Of a DNA stretch of 64,000 bases, positions 34,301 to 46,400 are shown piece after piece. The notes under the pieces are model-generated. The model worked only from the letters and a program-made list of their open reading frames with translations. It had not been told where the DNA came from and made no database searches. The DNA comes from Phallusia mammillata (lineage: Eukaryota): the NCBI GenBank assembly GCA_965637545.1, contig OZ281500.1, positions 744,001 to 808,000 on the forward strand, in the 5' to 3' direction. Position 1 is the stretch's first letter. Each line of letters starts with the position of its first letter. Position numbers and translations under genes: made by a program.

Positions 34301-36168
34301 AAATGTGCCGTTCCTTTTCAGGTGGGTCCGGTCATATTTTTGAGGGTTCGACCGGTCGTTCGTCTGTCAATATAGGAAGCTATGCTGGGATTAGACACAG
34401 GGTTGTCTGCGGCATTTTAGGTGGGAATGGATCAAGCACATTTCACTCAAACTTGTAACGCTTGTGCTTCACTCAACGTCATCTGTAAAACATGAAATCT
34501 ACGTTATATTTCGGGATGGATTGCCACCGGCTTTAGGGGAAATGGGTTCAACGCTCTGAAGTTTTAGGGTGAACGCCTAGTTGGTGAAAGATAAAGATAG
34601 AAAACGTGGTGAGAAAATCAGCAAAGTATGACTTAACTCAAAGGTTTTAAATTTCATTTTCTAAATTTGTAGTTTTAAATTTCCAATGGATTAAAGTGGA
34701 TTTCGCTACGTTCAACCGTTTTGCTTTTTAACTCAGAAAATAACGCAAAAACAAATGATACAGCTTGTTAACATGGTTTTGAAAGTAGGTTTTAAAATCA
34801 ACATTGCCTAGTGTAAAATGAAAACCTAGTTTGTATAACACTAGCTGATCCAGTTACCATAACAACAACAAGCAGCTTGGCAAAAGTCTGGATCTTGTGG
34901 TGAAACAAACTGAACCGGTCCTTGGTCAAGCGGTTTGAAATCCTGTGCAGAAGATTTCGTGGTAGGTGTGGCCGAAATTATCCGAATTGCCGGTGCTCGG
35001 AAGGCCTGAACGTGATCACTGCTAATCAACAATTGCAAGTTGCACTGCCGTGTATTGTCGCCTCCATAACAGGCAATCAGCCACGACAGTAGCAATTTTC
35101 CTGCTGTTTTTGTCCAACTCCGGCGGGATCTAAGCGTATAAAAAGCCTAAAATATTGAAATTGGCAGCGGGTTTCGAAATTGCACGGTATGTTATCGTGA
35201 AAAGTCGCGATAAAGCATGTCATCACTTATTACGTAAGTGGCGTTCCAAATATGGTAGGACCCACCGCAAGTTTGTCTGTCTTGCAGTTGCAGGATTCCT
35301 ATCTCAACGTTGCAAGCCCGAAATTGCCACAAGAAAGGCTGGCGAGTGGCCGGGTTGAGTGCCGGTGTGATGACATTTCTGCACCTTATCTCGGTGAACA
35401 GTCAATCACAACCGTGACCTGCTTGGGTTCACGCTTCTCACATAATCCCATGAGTGAAGGCGATGAGCGTGGGAGAGGAACACCGGTCGGACCGCGGATC
35501 ACGCATAATCTTGTTTCGTCTGCTCGTGTTTGTTCCGACAACAACTTGCAAGGTATAACCTGCTGCCCATGCTGCAAGCGAACACATATATCAGCGAGAT
35601 GAATTTGGCAACTTGTGTGCGGGCCTGCTTACATTTCACCAAAGGACGAGTTCATCACAAATTGGCCGGGTTATGTTGTCTTCACAAGCAAACTCTCAAC
35701 ACAGGCCGACATATTTCTGCTTTTGTGCGACTGGAAAAGACGTGGGTTGTCAATTAAGGCGATCTGGCGGGGAAAATAGGGGATTTGGCGCAGCGCTTTC
35801 ACGCTTGGTCTGCTCCCCGCCCGTAATCCGCTTGTTGGTGAAAGTTAGCCGACCTGCTTTCAAACCTGGGGTTTCAGATCAAAGCAGCGCCGCAACCCCA
35901 TGCACCCGCGCTACGATGTCAGACATTCCTCAGAGTCGATTGTTCGAATCTCGGCAAAGGTGTGGCGGTAAACAGAAGCAGCAAGCTGACATGATCGGCA
36001 GGTCAACACGTCCACGTCACACAGTAAGCGTTGTTGTATTTGTTGTTGCTGCAGCTTGATGTTTGCCATCATGCGTGCACTTGTCTACCGACCGGCGGTC
36101 GACGCCACACGCGATGTTGTTCCACAATACCACGTCACATGCATGCATCTGTAACGCTGGGTAATCTA

Positions 36169-36339
36169 CAGTGGTGGGATTTAAATTTTGTTGACAGCGG
36201 GTTCTATCACAAAAGTCATATTTTTCTCAGCCAGTTCTGTTACAAACAGTAACCAGTAATGCTAACCGGTTCGCTGATATCATAAAATATCGTGAGACGG
36301 TTCTATAGAACCGGTGCAAACGGCTGAATCCCACCACTG
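36169..36339. mobile_element. hAT-type MITE, same family as 20690-20866
   Basis: TIRs CAGTGGTGGGATT...AATCCCACCACTG; flanks gtaatcta / gttatcta. Confidence 0.9.
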
Positions 36340-39300
36340 GTTATCTATGTTCACTTTGCAGACGCAAATGGAATTTCATATGCGGTTAACTTTCCTGTGA
36401 GCTTGCATAAGGACGACTTGTTTTTCCGTCGCAGTTTTGACAACTTTTCTCTGCACACCCTGCTCCACAATATCAGGTGAATTAAAACGCGATTGATGAG
36501 ATTGCAGGAATTCCAGGCGAAACGTTGGGGGCGAGGTTTCGCTTTGGGATGTTGCCGTCTTCCGCTTGCTCGAGCTTATCTGATTGTGGCAACCGATGTA
36601 AGTCTCCCGGCTGCCACATCCAAATGCCACGTGGTCCGCATTGTTTAAGCCAGAAAGCTGATGAGCATCAGAAAGCGGCTCAAGGTCATTTATGTCTGAT
36701 GAAAAAGGCGCGCCCGGTTTCATCCGTATATTTCGAGGTTGCATGCCATCCCCGCATTGCCGGTAAACAAAACTGATTTGGAACGTTGCGAAGTTTTTGG
36801 CGCACCCGCATAATTAAGCCACGTTTTGACTACGCGGCTATATATAGACCTTAAAACTTGTTGGGCACCGGTGCGGTGGAGCCCCAACCCCCCTTTCCGG
36901 AGACGCGATGAAAACAATGTGGAATATCAAAGCGTGGGTGGGTTGTGTTGGCAGCCATGGATGTCACCCTTCTGTCATGTTGTGGCCGCGAGCACGCGAA
37001 TCCGTCGCAAATCAAACCGAACCCGCCGTTTGCCGAGTTGAAAGCCGAAATAATGACAAGTTACGGCGCGCTGGGATATTTCTTTGCACGGAACTTTACA
37101 CAAGAATTGACAGGAAGATGTGTTTGGCGAAAATATGCGACTGAGCACAGACACAATAAGGTTACCGCCCCCTGAAGGTGGCGATTTGACAAATTCAATT
37201 TCAGGCCGTGGGTAAGATCAGGGTGGTCCTAGTTGGTCTTGAGAAATCCGAACAATATTCAAAGTTAAGTTTGTTTTTTTACCAACAAACAACGAAAACG
37301 TTTTGCGAAATGTGTTTGTGAAAAACAAAATTTCTAAATTGTTATGAACAAAAATATTAATGTAAAATAATAATTTGTATGCAAACATTTTTTCAAGTCA
37401 GGTCTGTGCCAAATTTTCGACAAATATTCTTTTTCTTGACAAAAAGCGCTGCCAGTTGACGCCCTGAGCGGGTGAAATTACCAAGTCGTAAATATTTTGC
37501 TCCTTCCCACTGGAGGTTGATTGACAGCGAACTCTACCGATCAACTTGTTACTCCCAAAACGGTTAAAGCAACACAAATCGTCACTACAAATAACTCGAG
37601 CCGAAAATAGCAAGTCAGAAACGTGGATGAATCATCAGAACCGGCCGGCAAACCGGGTACAACTGTAACTGCTTACTCTATCAGGTTCCAACATCAACAG
37701 CTTGAAATGCGGTGAGAGTTTGCAGACGCGGATTTGCTTCATCGCTTATTGCCTTGTAGCACGCGACAGACGGCGATGAGTCAAAACCCAGGAATTCGAG
37801 CGAAAATCGGGATTGTTAGAAATCACGACAACAAGTTCGTTTGACAGAACCGGTGTCATGGCCGGTTGACAGGTGCCCGACTCCTCAACATTAAAACCCG
37901 ACTTTTAATTGCTAGAAACGAAGCAAAGGCAAATGTGGCGGCCGCACAAAGGCGACTTAGTGCCGAGAGTGATTATTAGCGCATAGGCAGTATAATTGTG
38001 ACGACAACTCACCTGTCGAGCACGCCAACAGCCGGTAAAGTGGCAACCTGCAATCAGTGAGAATGTCGGTTTGGCATCAATGCATTGAAATTAAAGTTTG
38101 ACTTTTTGCGAAGCAGTAAATACGAAGTTGGCTGCCGACGCTGCGAGGCAACAATCTAAGAAGCAACAATTTGGCAGATGAAGGAAGTCTATCACTGCTA
38201 TTTACCGAATTAGCCAAGGACATTTCAAGGTCATGAGCGAAATTTGACAATATTTTGCGTGAACCTTGTGACCTTCTGTCTGCTGCTGCACGCGACTTGA
38301 AAATAAAAACTTTTCGACCACGAGATTTTCGTTTGGTTTCAAATTTATTGTGTTTCAATTATAGCAGTAGAGTGTTTACAGACTTAACTGTTACGTAACA
38401 AGCCGAAATTGTATTTTATTAGCATATTGCGCGGCCACACCCTCTAAATTTGTTGGGGGAGGGGCAAATTTGAATAAGGAGGGGAAAATAAAAACACATC
38501 AGCTCATATGAGTTGTGAAAACAATAATTATCGAAACTCTGATCACTTTCGGTTATTTAAGCCGTTAAAGATGAATCGAAATTTTCGGAATCAAGGGGAC
38601 TTTAGTTTTAAAGTTTGTACGAATAAGTTGTTGCTTTTCTGAAACGGTTGCTTTCAGTAAAACACAATCAATGGATGTAAATCACATGTAAATATTGCGT
38701 GCAAGGAAAGCTCACGTCACAATTATATTGTTAAAATTAGCATTGCTTTGTTGAACAAAAATCACATCATTTCTGAAACACCATTCAGCGGAGAAGACCT
38801 AAGCTCAATACTTAAAAAAGTCATCGTTTCAAAGACAATATCCCTGGGTGATGAGATTAAATAAGAGATCTCCTTTAACTTAACCAGCTAAAATTCCCAT
38901 AGCAACCCGATCTTACGGGAATCTTTCACAAACAATAGTTTTCGCGTCTTCCCGCTAATGAGGCCTTTCAACGACTTCACAATGTACAAAGCATCGATGG
39001 AAAGTTTGTTTACATGCAGAACCGCGCGCGCAGTTGTCAAGCCGACCGTCAGCAACAGTGCTCTGTGACGTCACACTCGCATCACGTGATAAACACCGCG
39101 AAACGTGAGAGTGAGCATTGTGACGTAACAGGTAAACAAGCGTCTTTCACCTTTAAGAATGCACGAACTTGTTTGTACCCTATTGTGTTGTCACAAAGCG
39201 CTGTATTCTTCATACAAATACCAATAGATACCGGGGCCGCGATTTACAACACAGACTCATCTATTTTGGCCGAGTTTCCTTATCTGCCATTTAAAACACT

Positions 39301-40688
39301 TCCTGTGGTCGCAGCAACGAATTGATCAGAAATGACCCATATTAGAGCAAATTGTGGCAATTAAGCACAGTATATACACTCGATTGCATTTCGGGTCGTA
39401 AATAGAAACGCAACAGGGTCATGACGAAAGTAAAAGCTCATAGCCTTTATGACTCAGATGCGTTCGCCGAAATAAAATGTTGCGGGAGACACGTATAAAA
39501 GCGGCGATGTTTTCGAGTTCATGCAGCAAGCACGCAGCAGGCAAGGTCACAAAAGTTCCACAATGGCATCGAAACGACGCCGAAAATTTTGTCAGGCGAA
39601 AACGTTTCTGAAGTGGCTTACGCTTTGTAACTCAAGTGATGATACAGTCAGCGTGGCTGCAAATTCTTGAGGTTTCCAGCAAGCCGTCCTGCAGTGTTGT
39701 GTGCATGTGGGCGAATGTAAAAGGCGAGGTGTCAATCAATAGCTTCGAATTCAGCTTGAATCGTTGGGCTTATCGACCGGATGGTCCCTGATTACTGGAT
39801 TTCGTAATCGCCGAACAATAACGCGATAAGCTGCTTGAATAGCGCCCTGTTGTTTTAGCGAGCGGGTCGGGAAATCGGATCTTACTCTGCTTGAGGTTTT
39901 ATAACACGACAGCAACGAACAAAGCCTTCTTAGTGGTCGAAAAAACAACATGTCAACGCATTGTGGCAGGGAAACCTTGTCAAGGTAAACAAGACCCAAT
40001 CCCGTGTTATAATTATAGCTGCTCTAAACATCTGTAACCAATACCAGTCTGCAAAAACACAAATTGATATCTCTGCCCCTTACCTGGCTTTGCGGGGTCT
40101 ACGTTGTGTGGCAGGGCTCACAGGTCAATACTTAACCCAAGTATTCATCGCGATGTCAAGGGTCAGACCGGTACAGACACGGCATGACCTGAAACACATG
40201 GTTTGCTGACGTCTGCTTGGATACAACAACACAAACAGCTTTGCAACGAGATAAACAACTCAAGGACAAAATTTGTATTTCCACGTATCCGTGAAGGTCA
40301 TGCACAAACGACTTTAAATTTTTGGCATTTTTTATGGCACAATTCCCTATGAAAGTATCTTTTGTTTTTTTTATCATTTTCCTATTACTTATTCTATCGA
40401 TATTTGACAGAAGATTTGAAAACATCGATAAAATAATTTGACAAATCGTTTTTTTTTTATTTTAACAATTATTTAACTGCTTGATTATTTCCTTAAATGA
40501 TTTTTTTCTCTTTCCAGATTTTTCTGCGCAACCTAACAGTTTGCCAGTTGAGTAGGTGATTTAGCTTTAAACTGTTTCTCCAAATAAAGCTATTTGCAAA
40601 GCGGTTCCATCGAACGTCGGCCCGAGTTAGGCATTTCAGCAGAAGGTAAAACTTCGCTGAATCGTCAACGCTGCGAAGAAAAAGCTGC

Positions 40689-40768
40689 TACGTCATCACG
40701 TTGGAGGTATATAAGCGCGGGCTTCAGTGGGCCGAGTCGTCACTGTGGAAGGCAGAAGCTTCGTTGAG
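40689..40768 (+). promoter_or_regulatory. Putative promoter and non-coding exon 1 of the insulin-like gene
   Basis: CRE-like tacgtca at 40689, TATATAAG at 40708-40715, strong donor GAG/GTGAGT at 40769, acceptor ttctacag/ at 41719, 42 nt before the ATG. Confidence 0.55.
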
Positions 40769-41761
40769 GTGAGTTGTGTGGCTTCAGTTGCGAGTTGTGT
40801 TATGTCGATGTAGTTCTTAGCGACCTTGGTTGGGCGATTAGCTAACAACCTGCCACCATTTGCTTGCTTGTGGCGCCTTGTTGATCGCCACAGCCCGGCT
40901 GTTATTTATTAACAGGGGTGAATGTCCAACGACCTTTCTTTCCTAAACCCCGAATAAAACCTGCAGCATTTGTGGTTATTTACAACCTACCAAGGTCGGT
41001 GGTTGTTACTAACTCACCATTGTTGCGACTTAACTCTACGATGAGTCACTTGCATTTATGCAGTAGTTCAATTGCGGGCGTGTTTATCGAAATGCAGCCG
41101 GTTTTGACGACTTGACCGAACCGCCGATCGGCATGAACGCATGTAATTATTACGGCGCACTAATAGAGACATTAAGCAAAGGAGGTCGCTTGCAATAATC
41201 GATAGAAGCAATCACTGTGTTAATGTGCAGCGCGCAAAACACAAATCTTCTCAAAGAGTGCAGGGCAGGGCTTTTTACATTGCTTCGTTTTATCGCATTC
41301 ACAACGGGAAAGGTCGGGTGGAACAGAAGTTAGTTTCGTTTTAGTTTGTTCTCTGCGGGGAGTTTGCGCGATGAGCAGGGGATCGCTATTGATGACTTGC
41401 ATGTCGCGTGTCAAGGTTCGACGGGTGGCGCTCGCCCGATGCATTGTTATCATTGTTTGCGTTAGATTAGCAACGCGATCGCCGCACGCGGTCTTTGTAA
41501 TGAAGCAAGGAACGAAAAAATGTGTTGATATGAGATCTGCTTATAAGCTTGTGCTGACGTGTGCCAACCATATACTTGCAATTCGCTAACCTCAGTGTGT
41601 TTTGTTGCTTCTTCTTTGACTTGTTGGTAACTGAACATTAAACGTGTAGAACCGTGAGACTGCTTGAGTGCATCTGCTGCAACCTTCGCAACAGCCCGAC
41701 TGAAAGCGGAGTTCTACAGTTTGTGCCCGAGCTTACAAACAACGCCACGTCTCAATACAAG

Positions 41762-42917
41762 ATGAAGATCGCAATTGTTGCCCTTATCCTCGTCCTTCTG
41801 TCCATGTGCCACGGTGGCCAGGCCGGCGGAGCCTGTGGCCGCAAACTGTTGGACCTTTACATCAGTGAGTGCGGACGCACAAGAAGATTCCACGTCATCT
41901 TCAGCAAATACCCGCGACTCTACGCAAAATGTAAGTAGATACAACCTGTGTGCAACATCTGTGTTTACCAGCACCTGAACGTAGCAATCTGTCTGAAAAA
42001 CATCTTGACGAAGTCGTGTGTTCGGTGAATTAAGGGGCAGGGTCGTAAACGGGTTGGCTGGATTTAGTTTTCAACACCAACATTATGGTGACAGTTTCTA
42101 CTCCGCGCCACGTGTGAGCCATTGACCCATCACCACTGTGCAAATTTATCAGCTTAACCTCTCAGGCCCCCTATGCTTGCCCTGACACACGGGTGACATT
42201 TCTCAAGCTGCAATGCCAGTTTGGCATATTTTTACGCACTTTGAATGTTTTTGCTGAAACTAAATCGCGTCTTCGACCGACAACAATGAAATCCGACGGC
42301 AAAACTCGCGCGAATTAGTGTTGGACAAATTCCAAAACCACCACAATCTGTTGTTGCGGCAATACCAAGTCTAAACTCAATCTTTATTTTGCAGTGCAAA
42401 GAGCAATGGGAATTCGTTCAAAGCGATCCCTCAGCTTTATGGAAGCCATGAACGCGAGAACACGGATGACAGAAGCGGTGACAAGCAAGCTTATCAGGTA
42501 AGAACCACTTACGTAATTTATCGCTATGCATAGGCGTTGTTTACGTCGGCAATAGTCCGATCACTATCTTTGGCATAAACGTTTTTGTTCGGCGGATTTG
42601 CTTCGCCCTGCGGAGACATCGCGAAAAACCTGTTCCCAGCAAACTGTGTTAAATCTAAACCGAGTTAAAGGTCGCTCTGCATTAATCTCCGTAGCCGCCA
42701 CGTAATCGTATGATTTGCACGTCATCACCCGGCATAGATTTTAAATCCCAGTTCTCTTCTCCGCAGAATCGGCAGCGAACAACGAAGTTACGAAGAAGAG
42801 CACCAAAGAATCCGACGTTCAATTTCACAGGATTGTTGCTACAACCACTGCGACAGTCGGCACATTCGCGAGAAATACTGCTCTAGGATGCATAAGCATC
42901 TGAGAATCAACATGTGA
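41762..42917 (+). CDS. Insulin/relaxin/IGF-superfamily prepropeptide, 3 coding exons, 140 aa
   Basis: Exons 41762-41930, 42395-42497, 42767-42917 (423 nt). Signal MKIAIVALILVLLSMCHG; B chain ACGRKLLDLYISECG (C-x11-C); RTRR, RSKR and RIRR sites; A chain SISQDCCYNHCDSRHIREKYC plus SRMHKHLRINM. Exons 2-3 are absent from the ORF track. Confidence 0.9.
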
Positions 42918-43413
42918 AGATCTCGACTCATGTTGGCCACCAACCGAGCATTTATCCACGGAGGTTGCACATCACTCGATGAGAAGAAGAGTAAGATGAT
43001 GCCGAGAGCCGCGGTCACCTAGCGGGCTAGAAAACGTTGCGCTGCCAACACTGTGAATGCCACGACAACAACATACCATGTTCGGACAGAGATTTATCCT
43101 TCGCAAAATACCCAGTTGTGTTCTTGTTACGTAAAGTTCCGGCTTTCTCACCTTTCAGTATTTCCACGTTACGATCAATTTTCTTGTCGATATTGCCTGG
43201 CCAAATTCTTGTCCTTTTGCATTTTGGATTTCAGTATGTTTGCACGCATATATGTATTTGCGATGCAATCAGCCAATCGTCCAGCAATATTGCACAACCG
43301 ATCACTGTTACTCGCTTGCCGCAAAAACGAACACGTTGCATCACGCAAATGTTCCACCGATGCGCAAACCAATGTTGTCACCGTCATCCGTGCACTATAT
43401 CAAGTTCAAAATT

Positions 43414-43419
43414 AATAAA
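43414..43419 (+). terminator. Candidate polyadenylation signal of the insulin-like gene
   Basis: AATAAA about 500 nt after the stop codon. Confidence 0.4.
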
Positions 43420-46400
43420 AGAGGCTTCAATCTAGAAATACTTGTCGTGTCAACATTTTTATGAGGTCAAATGTCAGCTACTGTTCACGAAGCATTAACA
43501 AGTGGGTGTTGTTTGCAGTTCGGGTTTGCTTGTGACACACTCTAGCTGTTAACACGTTAACCGGTCACAGCCACGCGACCGGTGCCATACTCCACAGAAG
43601 CAACTCAGAAGCGACCGTTTTCACGTTCGAGCAAAACAGACATTGCTTTTATTTACTTACGTCTCGGCAAGCTCTGGCAGTTACATTGAGATTAACCTTC
43701 AACTGACATGTTTACTTACGGGTTGGACGACGCGTGGCCGGACTCCCGTTTCAAAATTCCGCGGCGCATAAAATGGCGTCGGGGTCAATTAAGATAAAGC
43801 GTTTCGCGCAATCCTCTCGTTATGCAACCACGACGCTTACACGGAACGCACCGCTATACAACGAAATGTTTTTCACACGACGTTTCCATTGTTTCTTGGT
43901 CACAAATTTAAAACAAAACGTTTCCACTTTTCCGACTAAGAAGTCTCCAAAGAAAAAGTTGATGTATAGTTAATGTTCGACAAGGGCTACACACATGGCC
44001 ATATATGCGGCGCGTAAACTGAAGTGTAGACAAAAATGGAAAACAATTAAACTAATACAGTGGTCCTCACAGATATACGCAAAGGCCCTAAGACCAAACA
44101 CACGAAAAAATGATTTAGTGCGAGTCAGCAAAGCCCACTTCATGTATGATCTTTACAATTTGTTTGCAAACAAATCCTGACAGCGATATTGAAACATTAA
44201 TTCAGCAGAAAAGTGAAACATAAGCAATTGGCAGTCAGCACTTGACGGCAAAATGTGTTGATCTATTTACGTGGGAACCTCCAGTAAAGGGGGCAACGTC
44301 CGTTTAAATATAGCAAGGCGTGTCGCATCAAAGCCAAAACATCGAGCAATCGCAACTTACAAGCTTCAACATTTCCTTTACACGTGCAGGGTCTGAGGCT
44401 GTGGAGGCGGATTCTTTTGCAGCAGAACATAAATATTTACGAACTCGCCAAGACTGGAGGTCTGTAGTTGTGTCTGACGGCCAAGCGTGGAACAATGTCA
44501 CCGTTACCACTTTTCTCCGCACACGGTTTACGCAAATAGGATTTTCCACAAAGAATGTTAATAGCTCATTGCAATCTGCAAGTGGCCACCGCCTTAGCTT
44601 GTGCAAGTGGCCACCGCCTTAGCTTTGCATGAGTATGTGGTGTAGCATATTGGCGGTTGCAGGTTTGTCAATTGCATTTTTGTTTGTTGCTCATCACGCG
44701 CACCGCTTCGACCCCGGATAATTAAACCCTGTTCAAATTTCGTCTTTGGTTTCAGTTTCCGGCAACAAGTTATATTTGTAACTTTAACAAAACCTGCCGC
44801 TGCAGCCAACCAAGACAAGTCACGCACACAGCCCTTTGGAAGCGGTTTCTTGTCCTGTGCTTTACCCCGAAATTTGAAAGCGAGATTGGCGGGCTTCCTT
44901 GTTCCCACCGCTCGCCTGCAACCGTCGCACGCCTGAACTTTGACCGGCGGCTTGGGGAATTGCGCAACTCACACGTGTGGAAGGGCGGGACCAGTTTTCC
45001 AGCTCTGCCGCAGAGCATAAGGGACTGGCAAAGTGACAAAAGCCGTAAACAGACCCAGGACCGAATGTCACCAGTTGAAATGTAACTAAAAATAGGTCGA
45101 CGGCGATCAATTATAAATAACCCCAGCCGGGCGCGGCACAAAAGATCTCGAGCTGGTTAAGGGCAATGAATGGACGTCGCGCGATCAAACACGATCGCAC
45201 TGTTACGTAACTATGGGCTACACGAGATCTTGGAACGTGAGAAACTGATAGAAAATTCAACGTGGTCAGAAATCGGCGTCCAACGTGTGTTATACAAGCA
45301 ACGCTGGTCCATGAGAACCAGGGGATTACGTAACAGGGAATGCTATGCAAGAAAGCATTGCGTGCAACGGGGACAATCGGTCGTCGGGGTCATTATGCTT
45401 ATCTGGAGAATCACCCCATGCAATATTCACGCAGTATATTGAGCGGTTTCGGTGGGAAACCTTGAACTTACAGCAAAGGTTTCTTTTCAGACACAAGTCT
45501 CTTCACATGCGTTATAAGATTCTGTAGAATAAATAAACAGAGACTTGGGGAAAGCTGAAAGTGTGGCCTCTGTGTGCAAACTTGCTGCGTTTTGCAGGTT
45601 TGCTGGGATTGAGTGGCATGCTTGAACGGTTTGGGGAAAATCGGCGCCAAACATAGAGCCGGCAAACCGATGAGCTGGCAGATTTTTGCTGATGTGACGT
45701 TTTACCGGCCGGTGTAAATTAAGCTGCTGACGAAACAACCTAAAAATGCCGGTTCCTTTCATGGAGCTTGGAAAGCTTGTGAGCGGTCTAGGTTTGAAAG
45801 TTTAAAACTCCCCATTGGTGAACAAACTGCTTTATGTTTCTGAACATTTTTACGGTAAATCTATTTAGGGAATTGCCATTAGCTTAGACTTGTTTTTTCA
45901 ACATTTCTTGTCCACAAAACCATGGAGCAGCGAAATTTGCACAACGATGTAGAACGTGATTGCCGCTCTTGTAGCGTGAGAAACGACATGGGAGGAGTCC
46001 ACATGACCTTGCGCTGGCTGCAACACACAGCTGGAAAGCGACAATTACTCAAGATTTCGAAGAACATCGACACCAAAATCGTTGGACTTTGTCGAGATTG
46101 CGCAACGCCCACCTAAGAAATGTGAGCAGCTATTGTGAGTGGGAGGTTCTGCATTTAACCCGACATAACCCAAGAAATCTTGATACAAATTCCCTTGCAA
46201 CAAAAAAAATTATAAGCATTTAGATTGGATCTGCAACCCAGGTAAGGAAGGATTATTATGCGGTTTGTCACATTTGTATAAATTCACAAAAACCGCCGCC
46301 TGTCAGGATCCGTGTTGCAATTATATTTGTCTGGTTGTGAAATGAAATTTAGTGGTTTGGTTAACCGAAGTGTCGACCTCACTCAAACAGATAGGGTGGC

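Noticed and set aside
37205-37250. 5S rRNA-like fragment (cagggtggtcctagttggtcttg); a C-box-like stretch also at about 23960-23990 (-)
   Set aside because: Short and degenerate; not distinguishable from chance without alignment.
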